A DNA stretch of 64,000 nucleotides from Candidatus Latescibacterota bacterium (GTDB lineage Bacteria; Latescibacterota; UBA2968; UBA8231). Both the position numbers and the translations under genes were made by a program. Numbering within the stretch: position 1 is the stretch's first letter; each line of letters starts with the position of its first letter. The stretch is taken from assembly GCA_965261395.1 (NCBI GenBank), contig OZ253462.1, forward strand, positions 2,240,001-2,304,000, read 5' to 3'. Positions 8,984 to 19,800 of this stretch are shown in pieces. The notes under the pieces are model-generated. The model was given only the letters and a program-made list of their open reading frames with translations, did no database searches and was not told the origin of the DNA.

Positions 8984-11900
8984 ATGGAAACAAAACTAAC
9001 GAGAAAAGACCTAGCCTTCATCGGCGGCTGCGTGCTCCTTGCCGCCGTTAGTTTGGCCGTTGGAGTCCACTATTTCTATCGGGCCTTTCCCGAAGCCTCA
9101 ATCGACTTTCGCGTCACCCGCGACGAGGCCAAGGAGCAGGCGGCCGACTTTCTCGCCGCCCGCGGCTTTGACCTCGCCGCCTACCGTCACAGCGCCATTT
9201 TTCGCTACGACAACCAGACCAAAACCTTCCTCGAGCGCGAGCTGGGTCTCGAGGGAGCCACGCAGGTCATCGGCAATCCCGTGCAGTTGTGGCGCTGGAG
9301 CAACCGCTGGGTGCGGGAGTTGGAAAAGGAGGAGTTCCAGGCCACGGTTACAACTTCTGGCGAGCTCGTCAGTTTTAGCCACCTCATTGAGGAAGAAGCG
9401 CCCGGCGCGAGCCTCGCAGAAGCCGAAGCCCGCCGCTTGGCCGCGACCTTTCTCACTGGTGAGCTTGGCCGCGACCTCGCCGCGCTCGACTTCGTAGAGG
9501 CGCAGGCCCAAGAGCGACCCAACCGCATCGACTACACCTTTAGCTGGAAGCTGCGCGACTTCGCCGTTGGCGAGGCCCACTACCGCTTCTACGTGCGCAT
9601 CCAAGGCGACGAGATCGGCGGCTTTGGCGAGTATCTCAAAATCCCCGAAGCTTGGGAGCGCGACTACGCCGAGCTGCGGTCGCGCAACGAGACCACGGGC
9701 TTGGTGGCCGGGACCTTACTCATCCTAACCATACTGGCGATGCTGGTCTCGTTCTTTAGCGGCGTCCGCGCCCGAGACATCCGCTGGAAGACCGCGGCGA
9801 TCTTCGGGGCCATCGCCGCAGTTCTAACCCTGCTGGCCGAACTCAACAACCTGCCGCTGACCTCGTTTAGCTACGACACGACCGATACATACGGGTCCTT
9901 TCTGACGGGGCAATTGCTCAACAGCCTGTTCGCCGCCGCTGCCCAAGGCATCCTCATCTTCTTTCTCACCGCGGCGGCCGAGCCTTTGTACCGACGCTAC
10001 TACGCAAACCAAATCCAGATCGGAGGCCAGTTTACGCCAGCGGGCTTGCGCACCAAGCGCTTTCTCCTCGGCACCATCCTCGGCTTGGCCATGACTCCCG
10101 CCTTTTTGGCCTACCAGGTTCTCTTTTACATCACAGCCGAGCAATTCGGCGCTTGGAGCCCGGCGGACATTCCCTACAGCGCGATGATCAACACGTACAT
10201 CCCTTGGATCATGGTGCTGTTGATCGGCTTTATGCCCGCGGTCTCCGAGGAGTTCATCTCCCGGGCGTTTTCGATTCCTTTTCTCCATAAATACCTCAAG
10301 TCGCGCTGGGCTGCGGTTGTCATCGCGGGCCTTATATGGGGGTTCGCCCATGCCGGCTATCCGCAACAACCCTTTTACATTCGCGGCATTGAGGTGGGCA
10401 TCGGCGGTATTATCGTCGGCTATATTTTTCTTCGCTTCGGGATCCTCGCCCCCCTCGTATGGCACTACACGATCGACGCCCTGTACACGTCCCTAATCCT
10501 CTTCCGCTCGTCCAACAGCTACTTCATCGTCTCAGCGGCCTTGTCCGCGGGCCTGATGCTCCTGCCCTTGGCGGTGGCCCTCGTCCTCTACTTGCGGCAG
10601 CGCCGCTTCGCCGACCCAACGCCTTTGCTCAACAAAAGCGCTGCGCCCGCCGCCCCGGAAGCCGGCGCGGACGAGCCTACAGCGCCACAGCCCGCCGCCC
10701 CGGCCCCCACGTTTGCCTATACCCGGCTGTCTAAGCGGCGCATGGGTTGGGCCGCCGCGGTGGTCGTGGCCTCGCTGGGCCTTTTCGCCCTCGACTACGA
10801 AAAGCCGCTCAACTTTGTCGATGTCCGCCTGACTCAGGCCGAGGCCAAGGCCAAGGCCATTGAGCATCTAGCGGCGGCCGGCGCGGATGCCTCGGCATAC
10901 GAGGTGGTTACCTACTACCAAAACCAACCGGACGCGATGGCGATCCGCTACATCCTAGAGCGCGACTCGGTGGCCGTCGTCAATCGCCTGTACCAAGAAG
11001 ATCTGTCGGCCAGCTTGTGGGTGACACGCTTTTTCCGCTACGGAGAAAAGGAGGAATATCGGGTCGCTGTCCATCCAGAAGACGGCTCCCTCTACAGCAT
11101 AAATCACCTGCTAGCCGAAGAGGCCGAGGGCGCGGACCTCGAAGAGGCACAAGCCCAGGCAATAGCTGTCGATCACCTGCGCTCCTTTGGTCTCGATCCC
11201 GAGCGTTTGGAGCTAAAGGAAGCCTCGTCGGAAAAGCTCCCCAACCGCCGCGATCACCGCTTCGTCTTCGAAGCTGTCGAGGGTGACGCGCGCAACGTCG
11301 ATGAGTTGCGCTATCGGGTGCGGGTCAACGTGGCCGGCGACGAGCCGGTTTCTATCTATCGCTTCCTCAAAGTGCCCGAGGATTGGCAGCGTGAACGCCA
11401 GGAGAGCACCACGCTTAAAACCGCGCTTTCCGGCCTGCTCATCGTCTTGATTGCCGCCGTGGTGCTGCACGGCCTGTGGCTGCTCGTGCGCCGCGTGCGG
11501 AACGAGGGCCTAGCTTGGGCACCGCTGGTCAAAATTTCCGCAGTTGGGGCGGCCTTCTTATTACTCGACTTTCTCAATGGCCTGTCGGTTGTCGAACGCG
11601 CCTACGATACCCGCCTCACGCTGTCGATCTTTACCATCACCCAGATGCTTAGCTTCGTCTTGGGCAGCTTGGGGGTCGGCTTGATGATCCTCGCGGCCCT
11701 CGGCTTGGCCACCAGCCTCTATCCAGACTGGCCGGCGCGTCTGCGGGCTGCGCGGCGCGTGCCCGAATTCCGCGACGCGGTCGTCGGGGTTGCGCTGGTC
11801 CTCGTCGCCAGAGAGACGTGGCAGCACTTGCGCGGCTATGTAGAGAGCCGATTCATTGCCTCCGACCCGAGTCTCGGCTTTGGGCTACCCTCTGGATTGG

Positions 11901-12334
11901 ATCAGTATCTGCCCTTTTGGAATTCCCTGTCCGACGGCGTAATGGGGGCCATCTTCGTCCCGATTATCGCGGGCTTGGTGCTCTACTATAGCCGCGTCGT
12001 GGTAAAAAAGAGGCTCTACGGGGTCTTGGCGGGCTTGGGGGTGGGCTTGATTATGTCCGGTAGCAACGCCGCCCACTTCGACGAGTTCCTCTTTGAGCTG
12101 TTGACGTTTGTCACTAGCGTTGGCTTCGTCGTAGCTGCAATCGTCTTAATCTTGCGGAACAACCTCCTCGCGTACGTGCTATTGGGGTTTGCCTCGGTGC
12201 TCACGGCGGTCAAGGGGCTCGGTGCGCTGTCCGCACCAGCTTATCAGTTACAAGCCGGTATCCTGTTGCTGCTGGCTTTGGTGGTTGTCTTCTGCCTATG
12301 GTGGCGCTTGGGCACCGAGCGCGAGGCGTCCTAA
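8984..12334 (+). CDS. Large CPBP (CAAX/Abi) family intramembrane glutamic protease with internally duplicated architecture
   Basis: SEEFISR, WGFAH, LVWHYTID motifs; two similar extracytoplasmic blocks (ending YLKIPEAWER and FLKVPEDWQR), each followed by TM bundles. Confidence 0.75.
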   Translation: METKLTRKDLAFIGGCVLLAAVSLAVGVHYFYRAFPEASIDFRVTRDEAKEQAADFLAARGFDLAAYRHSAIFRYDNQTKTFLERELGLEGATQVIGNPVQLWRWSNRWVRELEKEEFQATVTTSGELVSFSHLIEEEAPGASLAEAEARRLAATFLTGELGRDLAALDFVEAQAQERPNRIDYTFSWKLRDFAVGEAHYRFYVRIQGDEIGGFGEYLKIPEAWERDYAELRSRNETTGLVAGTLLILTILAMLVSFFSGVRARDIRWKTAAIFGAIAAVLTLLAELNNLPLTSFSYDTTDTYGSFLTGQLLNSLFAAAAQGILIFFLTAAAEPLYRRYYANQIQIGGQFTPAGLRTKRFLLGTILGLAMTPAFLAYQVLFYITAEQFGAWSPADIPYSAMINTYIPWIMVLLIGFMPAVSEEFISRAFSIPFLHKYLKSRWAAVVIAGLIWGFAHAGYPQQPFYIRGIEVGIGGIIVGYIFLRFGILAPLVWHYTIDALYTSLILFRSSNSYFIVSAALSAGLMLLPLAVALVLYLRQRRFADPTPLLNKSAAPAAPEAGADEPTAPQPAAPAPTFAYTRLSKRRMGWAAAVVVASLGLFALDYEKPLNFVDVRLTQAEAKAKAIEHLAAAGADASAYEVVTYYQNQPDAMAIRYILERDSVAVVNRLYQEDLSASLWVTRFFRYGEKEEYRVAVHPEDGSLYSINHLLAEEAEGADLEEAQAQAIAVDHLRSFGLDPERLELKEASSEKLPNRRDHRFVFEAVEGDARNVDELRYRVRVNVAGDEPVSIYRFLKVPEDWQRERQESTTLKTALSGLLIVLIAAVVLHGLWLLVRRVRNEGLAWAPLVKISAVGAAFLLLDFLNGLSVVERAYDTRLTLSIFTITQMLSFVLGSLGVGLMILAALGLATSLYPDWPARLRAARRVPEFRDAVVGVALVLVARETWQHLRGYVESRFIASDPSLGFGLPSGLDQYLPFWNSLSDGVMGAIFVPIIAGLVLYYSRVVVKKRLYGVLAGLGVGLIMSGSNAAHFDEFLFELLTFVTSVGFVVAAIVLILRNNLLAYVLLGFASVLTAVKGLGALSAPAYQLQAGILLLLALVVVFCLWWRLGTEREAS

Positions 12335-12340
12335 AGCGGG

Positions 12341-13591
12341 ATGATGGAGCTTATTTCGTCCGTCGCCCTGCTGTGGGCATGGTTCGAGCGCCTAGTGGCG
12401 TGGATCCCGCGCTTCCTCCTCGTCGCTACGGCGGCGTACGTCATCCTCTATTTTGCGACGCTGGCCTTGGTCGCTGCGGTGCATCGGCACTGGTGGCGCG
12501 TCGCCTGGTTCCGCCGTCTGCTCTACTGGCAGTTCCCCCTGCCCCTATTAGGCGTGGTGTTCTGCGGCCTGAGCCGCTACCGCGATGTGCCTTGGCTGTG
12601 GACCGTCGGCACGAGCCTGTTCTCGGCCCTCGCTCTTTACCTCGGGGCCTTCTTCATCGCTGCACTGCTGATGACGCCGGTCGTCTTGGGCGTCTCGCTC
12701 TACGACCGTTTGCGACAAGGGGGGACGGAGGAGCCTAGTTCGGTTGAGCGGCGGCGCTTCCTTGGCCGCGGCCTCGCTGTGGTGCCCGCTCTTGGGGCGG
12801 TGGGCGTCAGCCACGGCATCTACACCTCCTATACTGGCACGCGCATGCCTGCGGTGCCGCTCCGCTATCCCGACCTGCCCGCCGAGCTAGAAGGCTTGAA
12901 GATCCTCCATCTCAGCGACCTACACATCGGACCGTACATCCAGCTCGCCGACCTCGAAGCCCTGCTCGCGCGCGCAGCCCAAGCCGCACCGGATCTGGTT
13001 TTGATTACCGGCGATATATGCGACCACAATCCGGATTACTTGGCGACTCTGCGCCTGCTCGAAAGCGTTCCGGCTCGGCTTGGGGCCTATGCCAGCTTGG
13101 GCAACCACGAGTACATGCGCGGCATCCGCCGCATCCGTCGGCACTTCGACCAGACCACAATCCCCTTGCTCGTGAACGAAGGGCTGTCGATGCCGGTGGG
13201 AGCGGCAACTCTCTATCTCGGCGGGGTTGACGACCCGCGCTGGCTGCGCAGCCCGGCGTCCTACGCGCAACTCCGCAACTCAGTGGAAAAGGCCGTAAGC
13301 GCGTCGCCGAGCGATGCCTTCACCGTGCTAATGAGCCATCGCTCGCAAGCCCTCGACTACGCCGCGCCCCTCGGCGGCACCGACCTGATTCTGGCCGGCC
13401 ACACGCACGGCTTCCAGCTAGGCTTGGCCGGTCGCAGCTTTTTTGAGCCGTTTTTTCCCGAGCGCTATATCTGGGGCCACTACGAAAAGGGAACCACCCA
13501 GCTCTACACTACAGCCGGAGTTGGGCACTGGCTGCCCTTCCGCTTCGGCTGCCCGCCCGAGGCCCCGATCATCACCCTGCACCGAGCTTAA
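12341..13591 (+). CDS. Membrane-anchored calcineurin-like metallophosphoesterase (YkuE-like)
   Basis: HLSDLH, ITGD, LGNHE, MSH, AGHTHG motifs after N-terminal TM helices. Confidence 0.88.
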   Translation: MMELISSVALLWAWFERLVAWIPRFLLVATAAYVILYFATLALVAAVHRHWWRVAWFRRLLYWQFPLPLLGVVFCGLSRYRDVPWLWTVGTSLFSALALYLGAFFIAALLMTPVVLGVSLYDRLRQGGTEEPSSVERRRFLGRGLAVVPALGAVGVSHGIYTSYTGTRMPAVPLRYPDLPAELEGLKILHLSDLHIGPYIQLADLEALLARAAQAAPDLVLITGDICDHNPDYLATLRLLESVPARLGAYASLGNHEYMRGIRRIRRHFDQTTIPLLVNEGLSMPVGAATLYLGGVDDPRWLRSPASYAQLRNSVEKAVSASPSDAFTVLMSHRSQALDYAAPLGGTDLILAGHTHGFQLGLAGRSFFEPFFPERYIWGHYEKGTTQLYTTAGVGHWLPFRFGCPPEAPIITLHRA

Positions 13592-13606
13592 AGAAAGGAA
13601 CGTACC

Positions 13607-14305
13607 ATGCGCGTACTCGTAACCGGCGCGGCTGGTCGCGTCGGATCTACCGTAGCCCGCGGCCTGCAAGCGCGTCACGAGGTGCGCGGCCACGACCGCG
13701 TGCCCATGCCCGACCTCGCCGATACAGTCGTCTCCGACCTCGCCGATTTCGACTCTATGTTAGAAGCCACTCGCGGCGTGGACGCCGTCGCCCACATTGG
13801 GGGTCTGCCCGGCGGTAACGAGTGGGAGACCATGCTACAGGGCAACTTCATCGGCACGTACAACGTGTTTGAGGCTGCCCGCCAAAACGGCGTCAAGCGC
13901 GTCGCCTATGCCAGCCGCGCCGGGGTCTTAACCCTCTATCCGCGCAGCATCCGCCGCACGGTCGAGATGACTACCACCCCGGTGGGCATCTACACGGTTA
14001 GCAAGGTCTTCGCCGAGGCTTTGGCCCACTCTTTTGCCCATCAGCACGATATGGAATTTGTCTGCGTGCGCATCGGCAACTTCAACCTCGATCGAGACCA
14101 ACCCGAACATCCACATCATCTCAGCCACGGCGATTGCGTGCGGGTGTTTGAGCAGGCGCTGATCCATCCGGGCGTAAAGTTTGAAATCGTCTTTGGGGTG
14201 TCGGGTAGCAACTGGCCGCTCTACGACGTCGAACACGGCAAAAGGGCGATTGGCTACGAGCCGCAGGATTATTCGGAGGTGCCGGAGGAGGAGTGGGGGA
14301 GGTAG
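13607..14305 (+). CDS. NAD-dependent epimerase/dehydratase (uronate dehydrogenase-like SDR)
   Basis: VTGAAGRVG, NFIGTYNVFEAA, YTVSK (YxxxK), VRIG. Confidence 0.8.
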   Translation: MRVLVTGAAGRVGSTVARGLQARHEVRGHDRVPMPDLADTVVSDLADFDSMLEATRGVDAVAHIGGLPGGNEWETMLQGNFIGTYNVFEAARQNGVKRVAYASRAGVLTLYPRSIRRTVEMTTTPVGIYTVSKVFAEALAHSFAHQHDMEFVCVRIGNFNLDRDQPEHPHHLSHGDCVRVFEQALIHPGVKFEIVFGVSGSNWPLYDVEHGKRAIGYEPQDYSEVPEEEWGR

Positions 14306-14387
14306 GGGCCGTTTAGACTGCCAATGAGACGCCGACGGCTGTAAAGCGCGTTGGATGATTGGGATTGAGACGATGGGGCACTCTTGC

Positions 14388-14416
14388 TTGACGAGTCTCG
14401 ACATAGGAAGTATTGT
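14388..14416 (+). promoter_or_regulatory. Candidate sigma70 promoter for the dynamin-HerA operon
   Basis: TTGACG (14388-14393), 17-bp spacer, TATTGT (14411-14416), about 155 bp upstream of ATG 14571. Confidence 0.4.
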
Positions 14417-14570
14417 GTAACCCAAGTATAAATTACCTAACAGCCATGCTGGACCAGAAGGAGTTTTTCGGGCATATCTGGCCAATTGGTTGGGTATGAG
14501 AGACATGGGCCGAACTTCAATAGTCTCTGTTCTCTCTATGGACTGCTTTTGTGAGGATAAAAATTAAGCG

Positions 14571-16637
14571 ATGGACTACGAAAAGCTTAAAGCACATCAG
14601 ACGGTTTTGCTAGATCTCTATACATCCTTGAGCGAAACCCTTAAAAGAGAGGGTGATGAGGTTGATTCAGACCTAAAGGCGATGCAAGAGAATATTGCAG
14701 CGGAGAAGTTTTTGCTCGCCATCGTTGGGGAAGTAAAGGCAGGGAAATCGACCTTCATCAATGCAATTCTTGGGGAGGCCATGTTGCCTTCTGATGATCT
14801 ACAAGCGACCTCTCAAATAGTTGAAATCTACAAATCTAATAAGATAGAGGTTGGATCTACTTTCGCTAATGGCAGATCGGAAGTCGTTGAGGAAGATAAA
14901 GCAGTTCCATTTCTCAAAGAAATTGCTTCCATCAATGACGATTCTCGCGGTATTCCAATCGTCCAAGTCAGCAGATTCCTGATTGATCATTACAGCGAAG
15001 CAAAGAGAATGGCTGTATTTAAGGAAAAAGAATTGGAGAATTTCTTAAACTCTGATCTTGAAAACATCTATAAATTAGATAAGGAGGAATTTCAAGGAAA
15101 AATCCGCGAATATATCAAGAAAAATATATCATGTGATAAGATTCCCCAAAGAGTTTCCCTCGGTTATCCACATGATTTTTCTGAATTCAAGCATTTCAGA
15201 GTCGTAGATACGCCAGGTATTAATGCGATTGGCGGAATTGAAGATCAAACGAAAGACTTCATTGACGAGGCTGATGCGGTTGTTTATTTGCACGACGCAA
15301 GCCAACTAGAAAGTAAAGCACTTCGCAATGCATTGGAAAAGGAAATCCCTAAAAGGGTTAAAGATCGTCTGATACTTGTCTTGACTCATAGAAGCGAGAA
15401 ATTTTATCCTGGTAGCGATGAACATGAGAAAATATTGAGAGAGGCTAAGAAGCTTTACTCTGAGATTGGATCAGATAACATCTTTTTTGTTGATAGTCTG
15501 ATTGAGCTACATTTGAAAGAGTTCTATGGGAAATCGATGGATGAGATCGATGCTATTCGCAAAGAAGATCCGCAATTACGAAGTTTAACCGCTAGTTGTT
15601 TTGAGGAGGCTGATGGTAATGAATATGTCCTTCTAGACCTATTAGAAGAACAGTCGAATTTCAGAGAAATTCGAGAAAGAATCGAAAGAGACTCAATAGA
15701 TTCTGCTTCTTTTCAAATGAAGAATTTTGCTAGTGCCATGCAAGAAGTGTATGGAGTTATTGAAAAAGAAATTAAAGTACGCATAGCAGACCTGAGAGAG
15801 GATTATAGGGATCCTCAGTTTTTTGCGTCGAAGATACAGAATCAAAAAGATAAAATGGAAAGAATGAAAAGAGATTACAATGAATTTAAAGACAGATTGA
15901 GGGTAGAATTCTCTCCTAGTGATGAGAACAGCAGGTATTCTCAAGAAGTAAATAAAATGATGAAGAGGTTGTCTGACAGGATTAGGAAGAAAATTTTTGA
16001 GCCTAACGACCATAATGACCAGAAAGAAGTAAAAGTCCAGCATTGGGTAAGGACTTTGCACCGCAAATTTGATAATGAAATGGCCAGTTTTGTTGATACA
16101 CTGAATGTAAATTTCCAAAAAGAAATAGAGGTATCGTATAGGAATGTTGGAGTACAAATTGATCACGAAATAAACGTGCCAATGACACCTTTGGACAGTA
16201 TATGGGATACTGTATCCAATGCAGTCGAGGAGAAGACAAATAAGGAATTAGCCGAGGTGGAGAAAAATTTTCGGGATCGTGTAAAATTTGTTTTTTTTCG
16301 TAGATACACTGAAGCTACAGAGGGTAAAAGAGACGAAATAAGGAGTTCTTTTCCAATATACTATTGGGACGAACTACGACCTGAGCTTAGAGAACTCTAC
16401 AAGGGGACAAAGACTAAATTGTCGAAGCAAATCAGTGCGATGATAAATAGCACCTGTGAGGAATATGAGAGTAAACTAGATAGAGAACTTCTAGAGCAAA
16501 AGCAGGATATGAAGAAATTTGAGGAGGATAAAATGAAAAATGAAAAATTAGGAAAAAATATTTTAAGTCTTGAAGAAAAAGAGAAAATAATTAATGATAA
16601 CATTCAAGAATGTATAAGAGTAGGAGGGGAACTGTAA
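14571..16637 (+). CDS. Dynamin-like GTPase
   Basis: G1 GEVKAGKST, G2 Thr in LQATS, G3 DTPG, divergent G4 THRSE; long helical/coiled-coil C-terminus; strongly AT-rich. Confidence 0.85.
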   Translation: MDYEKLKAHQTVLLDLYTSLSETLKREGDEVDSDLKAMQENIAAEKFLLAIVGEVKAGKSTFINAILGEAMLPSDDLQATSQIVEIYKSNKIEVGSTFANGRSEVVEEDKAVPFLKEIASINDDSRGIPIVQVSRFLIDHYSEAKRMAVFKEKELENFLNSDLENIYKLDKEEFQGKIREYIKKNISCDKIPQRVSLGYPHDFSEFKHFRVVDTPGINAIGGIEDQTKDFIDEADAVVYLHDASQLESKALRNALEKEIPKRVKDRLILVLTHRSEKFYPGSDEHEKILREAKKLYSEIGSDNIFFVDSLIELHLKEFYGKSMDEIDAIRKEDPQLRSLTASCFEEADGNEYVLLDLLEEQSNFREIRERIERDSIDSASFQMKNFASAMQEVYGVIEKEIKVRIADLREDYRDPQFFASKIQNQKDKMERMKRDYNEFKDRLRVEFSPSDENSRYSQEVNKMMKRLSDRIRKKIFEPNDHNDQKEVKVQHWVRTLHRKFDNEMASFVDTLNVNFQKEIEVSYRNVGVQIDHEINVPMTPLDSIWDTVSNAVEEKTNKELAEVEKNFRDRVKFVFFRRYTEATEGKRDEIRSSFPIYYWDELRPELRELYKGTKTKLSKQISAMINSTCEEYESKLDRELLEQKQDMKKFEEDKMKNEKLGKNILSLEEKEKIINDNIQECIRVGGEL

Positions 16638-16647
16638 TGGAACTACC

Positions 16648-16791
16648 ATGCGTACCCGACTACTGACGTGTGAACTGATCGGACTCTCTGAAAAGTTCAC
16701 ACAGTTCGTCGCCGAGATGAACAGCTTTGTTTTGGATGTCGCTATGCTGATTTGTATTGAGATGATCGGCTGGCCTATATCAGTAAAATAA
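16648..16791 (+). other. Possible 47-aa small ORF or gene remnant between dynamin and HerA genes
   Basis: ATG 16648 to TAA 16791 (MRTRLLTCELIGLSEKF...GWPISVK); a 9-codon ORF also starts at the TAATG overlap (16637) behind a strong AGGAGGGG RBS. Confidence 0.25.
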
Positions 16792-16812
16792 TACCCGTAG
16801 AGGAAAAAGATA

Positions 16813-19800
16813 ATGGAAAATCTGAACGATAAATCACTAGCCCTTGAAAAGCAAAAGGGGCTGGACCAGGAAAAAGGTGCTGAAGAACTCAACGAAATTT
16901 TCTCAGACCTTCTCCCTTGGACTATTGAGTCAACAGATGCTGCTATCCTGACAGAGAATACCATACAGAATCGCGACGAAATCGAGAGATTTTTCGATTC
17001 GATTTATTTGTTCCATATTGGAGAAATTTCTGTTTCTGCAGATGCTCAAGATGTAGCTGATTTGATTTATAAAAGACATCAAGCCGTGACTATTGCCGCG
17101 TATCAGTCAGATTATATGCTTACGACGATTATTTCGGGGAACGGTGGAGGCACTGTTGATATTTTTCTCGGTGTCTGTGGAGAGGTTGATGTGAAGAATA
17201 TGTTCCGGGAGCAATTGCAGGGGGTTTATCCCGGAAGGGGCATCCAATTTGAGGATGAGTCCAGAGAAGGAAGCATAAAGGATAGACTGCAAGAAAAGAA
17301 GCATGGCGGAATCCTCACAGGCATACCGACACAGAAAATAGACGAGGAAAAGCAGACATTCGATCTCTCTTCGGTGATAAGAAGTATGAATGGGCAGGAA
17401 TTCCTCTTGGCGATAATTTCCCGTCCAGTCGAAAAGCGTGAGGCAGCACAACAACTCCATGAATTGATGGAGCTAAAAGATCGATGTCATGTGCTAGCAA
17501 ACAGGACAATCGGTTCTGATGAGAATGTAAGCGTAAACCAGAGCCATGCAGTTCAAGAAGCAGTAGGTGAATCAAATTCGCATGGGTTCAATGTAGGAAT
17601 AGGAATGAATCCTGGGGGCCAAAATACAGGTTGGAATGCTATTCTCTATTCGTCCACTAAAATGACTCCAATGATGGCAGTTCTGCCTTCTGCAGGCTAT
17701 TCTTACACAAAAACAAAATTCTCAAGCTATGCAGAAACAGATACTACTGGCTGGTCAGAGAACATTGGGCGAAGTCTTTCTTTTGAACAGCAAAATACCC
17801 TTGCGATGGAGTTGGAAGATATCGCGGGAAAGTTGATAACCAGATTGCGTAATGGTCTAAACATTGGACTTTGGGAGAGTTTCATCACCTACGCGACTAT
17901 ATCCCCTACAGCTTCTCAGATTTTATCCGGCGTTTTAGCAGGAGAACTGATCAAGGCCGATCCCGAAGCACTGCCGATGCGAAATGTCTTCGATCATCTA
18001 TCCAAAGAAGTTCCGCTCTTTATGCCCAAGAAGCGGGATGGAAAATCTCTTATAACCGGGAATAAACTGGTATCGTTCTTGTCGAGCGATGAAGCAGCAT
18101 TGCTCATGGCACCACCGCTTTCTTCTGTTCCCGGCTATGATATCCGCATCAAACCCGCATTAAGTCTGACAGATACCATAGACCGCTCTGGTCACCCAAT
18201 TGGTCATATTTCTGAGCACGGAAGAAAGGTGAAAGGCTCTGAGTTTAGAATATCTAAAGAGGATGCCCGGAAACATATCTTCGTTTCTGGTCTTACCGGA
18301 TCGGGAAAGACGACGACAGTTAAGCACATCCTGGATTGTATTGATGCGCCTTTCTTGGTGATTGAATCCGCCAAGAGAGAATACCGCAGATTGTTGGCTG
18401 AGGATAAATACGACAAAAATCTGCGCGTCTATACTGTTGGTGATTCAGGCGTTTCACCGATACGTCACAATCCTTTTATGGTACTTCCTAGGGTGTCTGT
18501 CATCACCCATATTGACAATCTCAAGTCTATTTTTTACGCGAGCTTCTCACTCTACGGGCCTATGCCCTATATCCTCGAAAAATGTATTTACAATATCTAC
18601 AAAGAGCGCGGGTGGAATCTGACCACTGGCAAACATCAGCGCGTCAGAATAGGCACTTTCGAGGATTGCCAGAATCACCGCTTCATCTATCCCACCATCA
18701 GAGATCTGATTGATGAGGTGAACCGATATGTGAAGGAGGAATTGGAGTATAAAGGAGAACTACAGGACAATATCCGCAGTGCAATTGTTGTCCGTCTCGA
18801 ATCTTTGGCTGTCGGAGCAAAAGGTTTCCTCTTTAACACACACGATGCGATTGACATAGAGGAATTTCTAAACGAAAGGGTTGTGCTTGAACTCGAATCC
18901 CTTTCCGATGATGACGATAAAGCATTCTTTGTCGGTTTGATGCTATCCTTAGTGAGCGAATATCGACAATCGTTGGCCCGCCAGAGCGTTCTGAATGACA
19001 ATGATGATCTACGGCATGTGTTGGTGATCGAAGAAGCGCACAGGCTGCTTAAAAATGTACAGACTGAGCGCACTAGTGAAATGTTGGGTAATCCCAAAGG
19101 AAAAGCCGTGGAGTCTTTCTGTAATCTCATTGCCGAAATGCGATCTTATGGTCAAGGCGTGATCGTCGCAGAGCAAATCCCGACCAAAATAGCCCCTGAT
19201 GTGATCAAGAATACTAATACGAAAATTATTCACAGGCTTGTTTCTTTAGATGACCAGATCACCGTAGGGACGGGATTAGGGTTGGAGGAACACGAATGCC
19301 GATATCTGAACCAGCTTTCTGCGGGCACAGCGCTCGCACATAAAGAGGGGATGTCAAAACCCGTTGAAATTGCCGTCTTTAACAAGCTGCAAAATGAGCC
19401 AATTGGAGACATACGAATCGAACGTCAAGATTTGGAGTCGGAACTGGCTCTACACGAGAGTGGCTTGCTGGAAAGTGAGCACCTACAAGCAATCGCTCTG
19501 AGATTGGTCAATTCGGTTTTTCTGTCAAATTTAGAACTCGGCGAACTCTTACCCGATGCAATAAAGACAGCTAGAAAAGCAAAACAACTTACGTACGTAG
19601 AGGATAAAACCATAGAACATGCTTTGAGCGAATGGTTTCGCCGAATTTTATTTTCCTCAACGTTGGGTTTTGTGAAGGAAAAATCGATTGATGAAGAGGT
19701 TTTAGAGATTGTTGATCGACTTTGGCATGATCGCACTCGTTTTAATCGCGGGAGATTCATGCACGAATTTGACGAGTGGTTGGGTGATTGTAGTCGCGAC

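Noticed and set aside
12740-12800. Internal twin-arginine motif (ERRRFL) in the metallophosphoesterase
   Set aside because: Common in this membrane-anchored family; not unusual.
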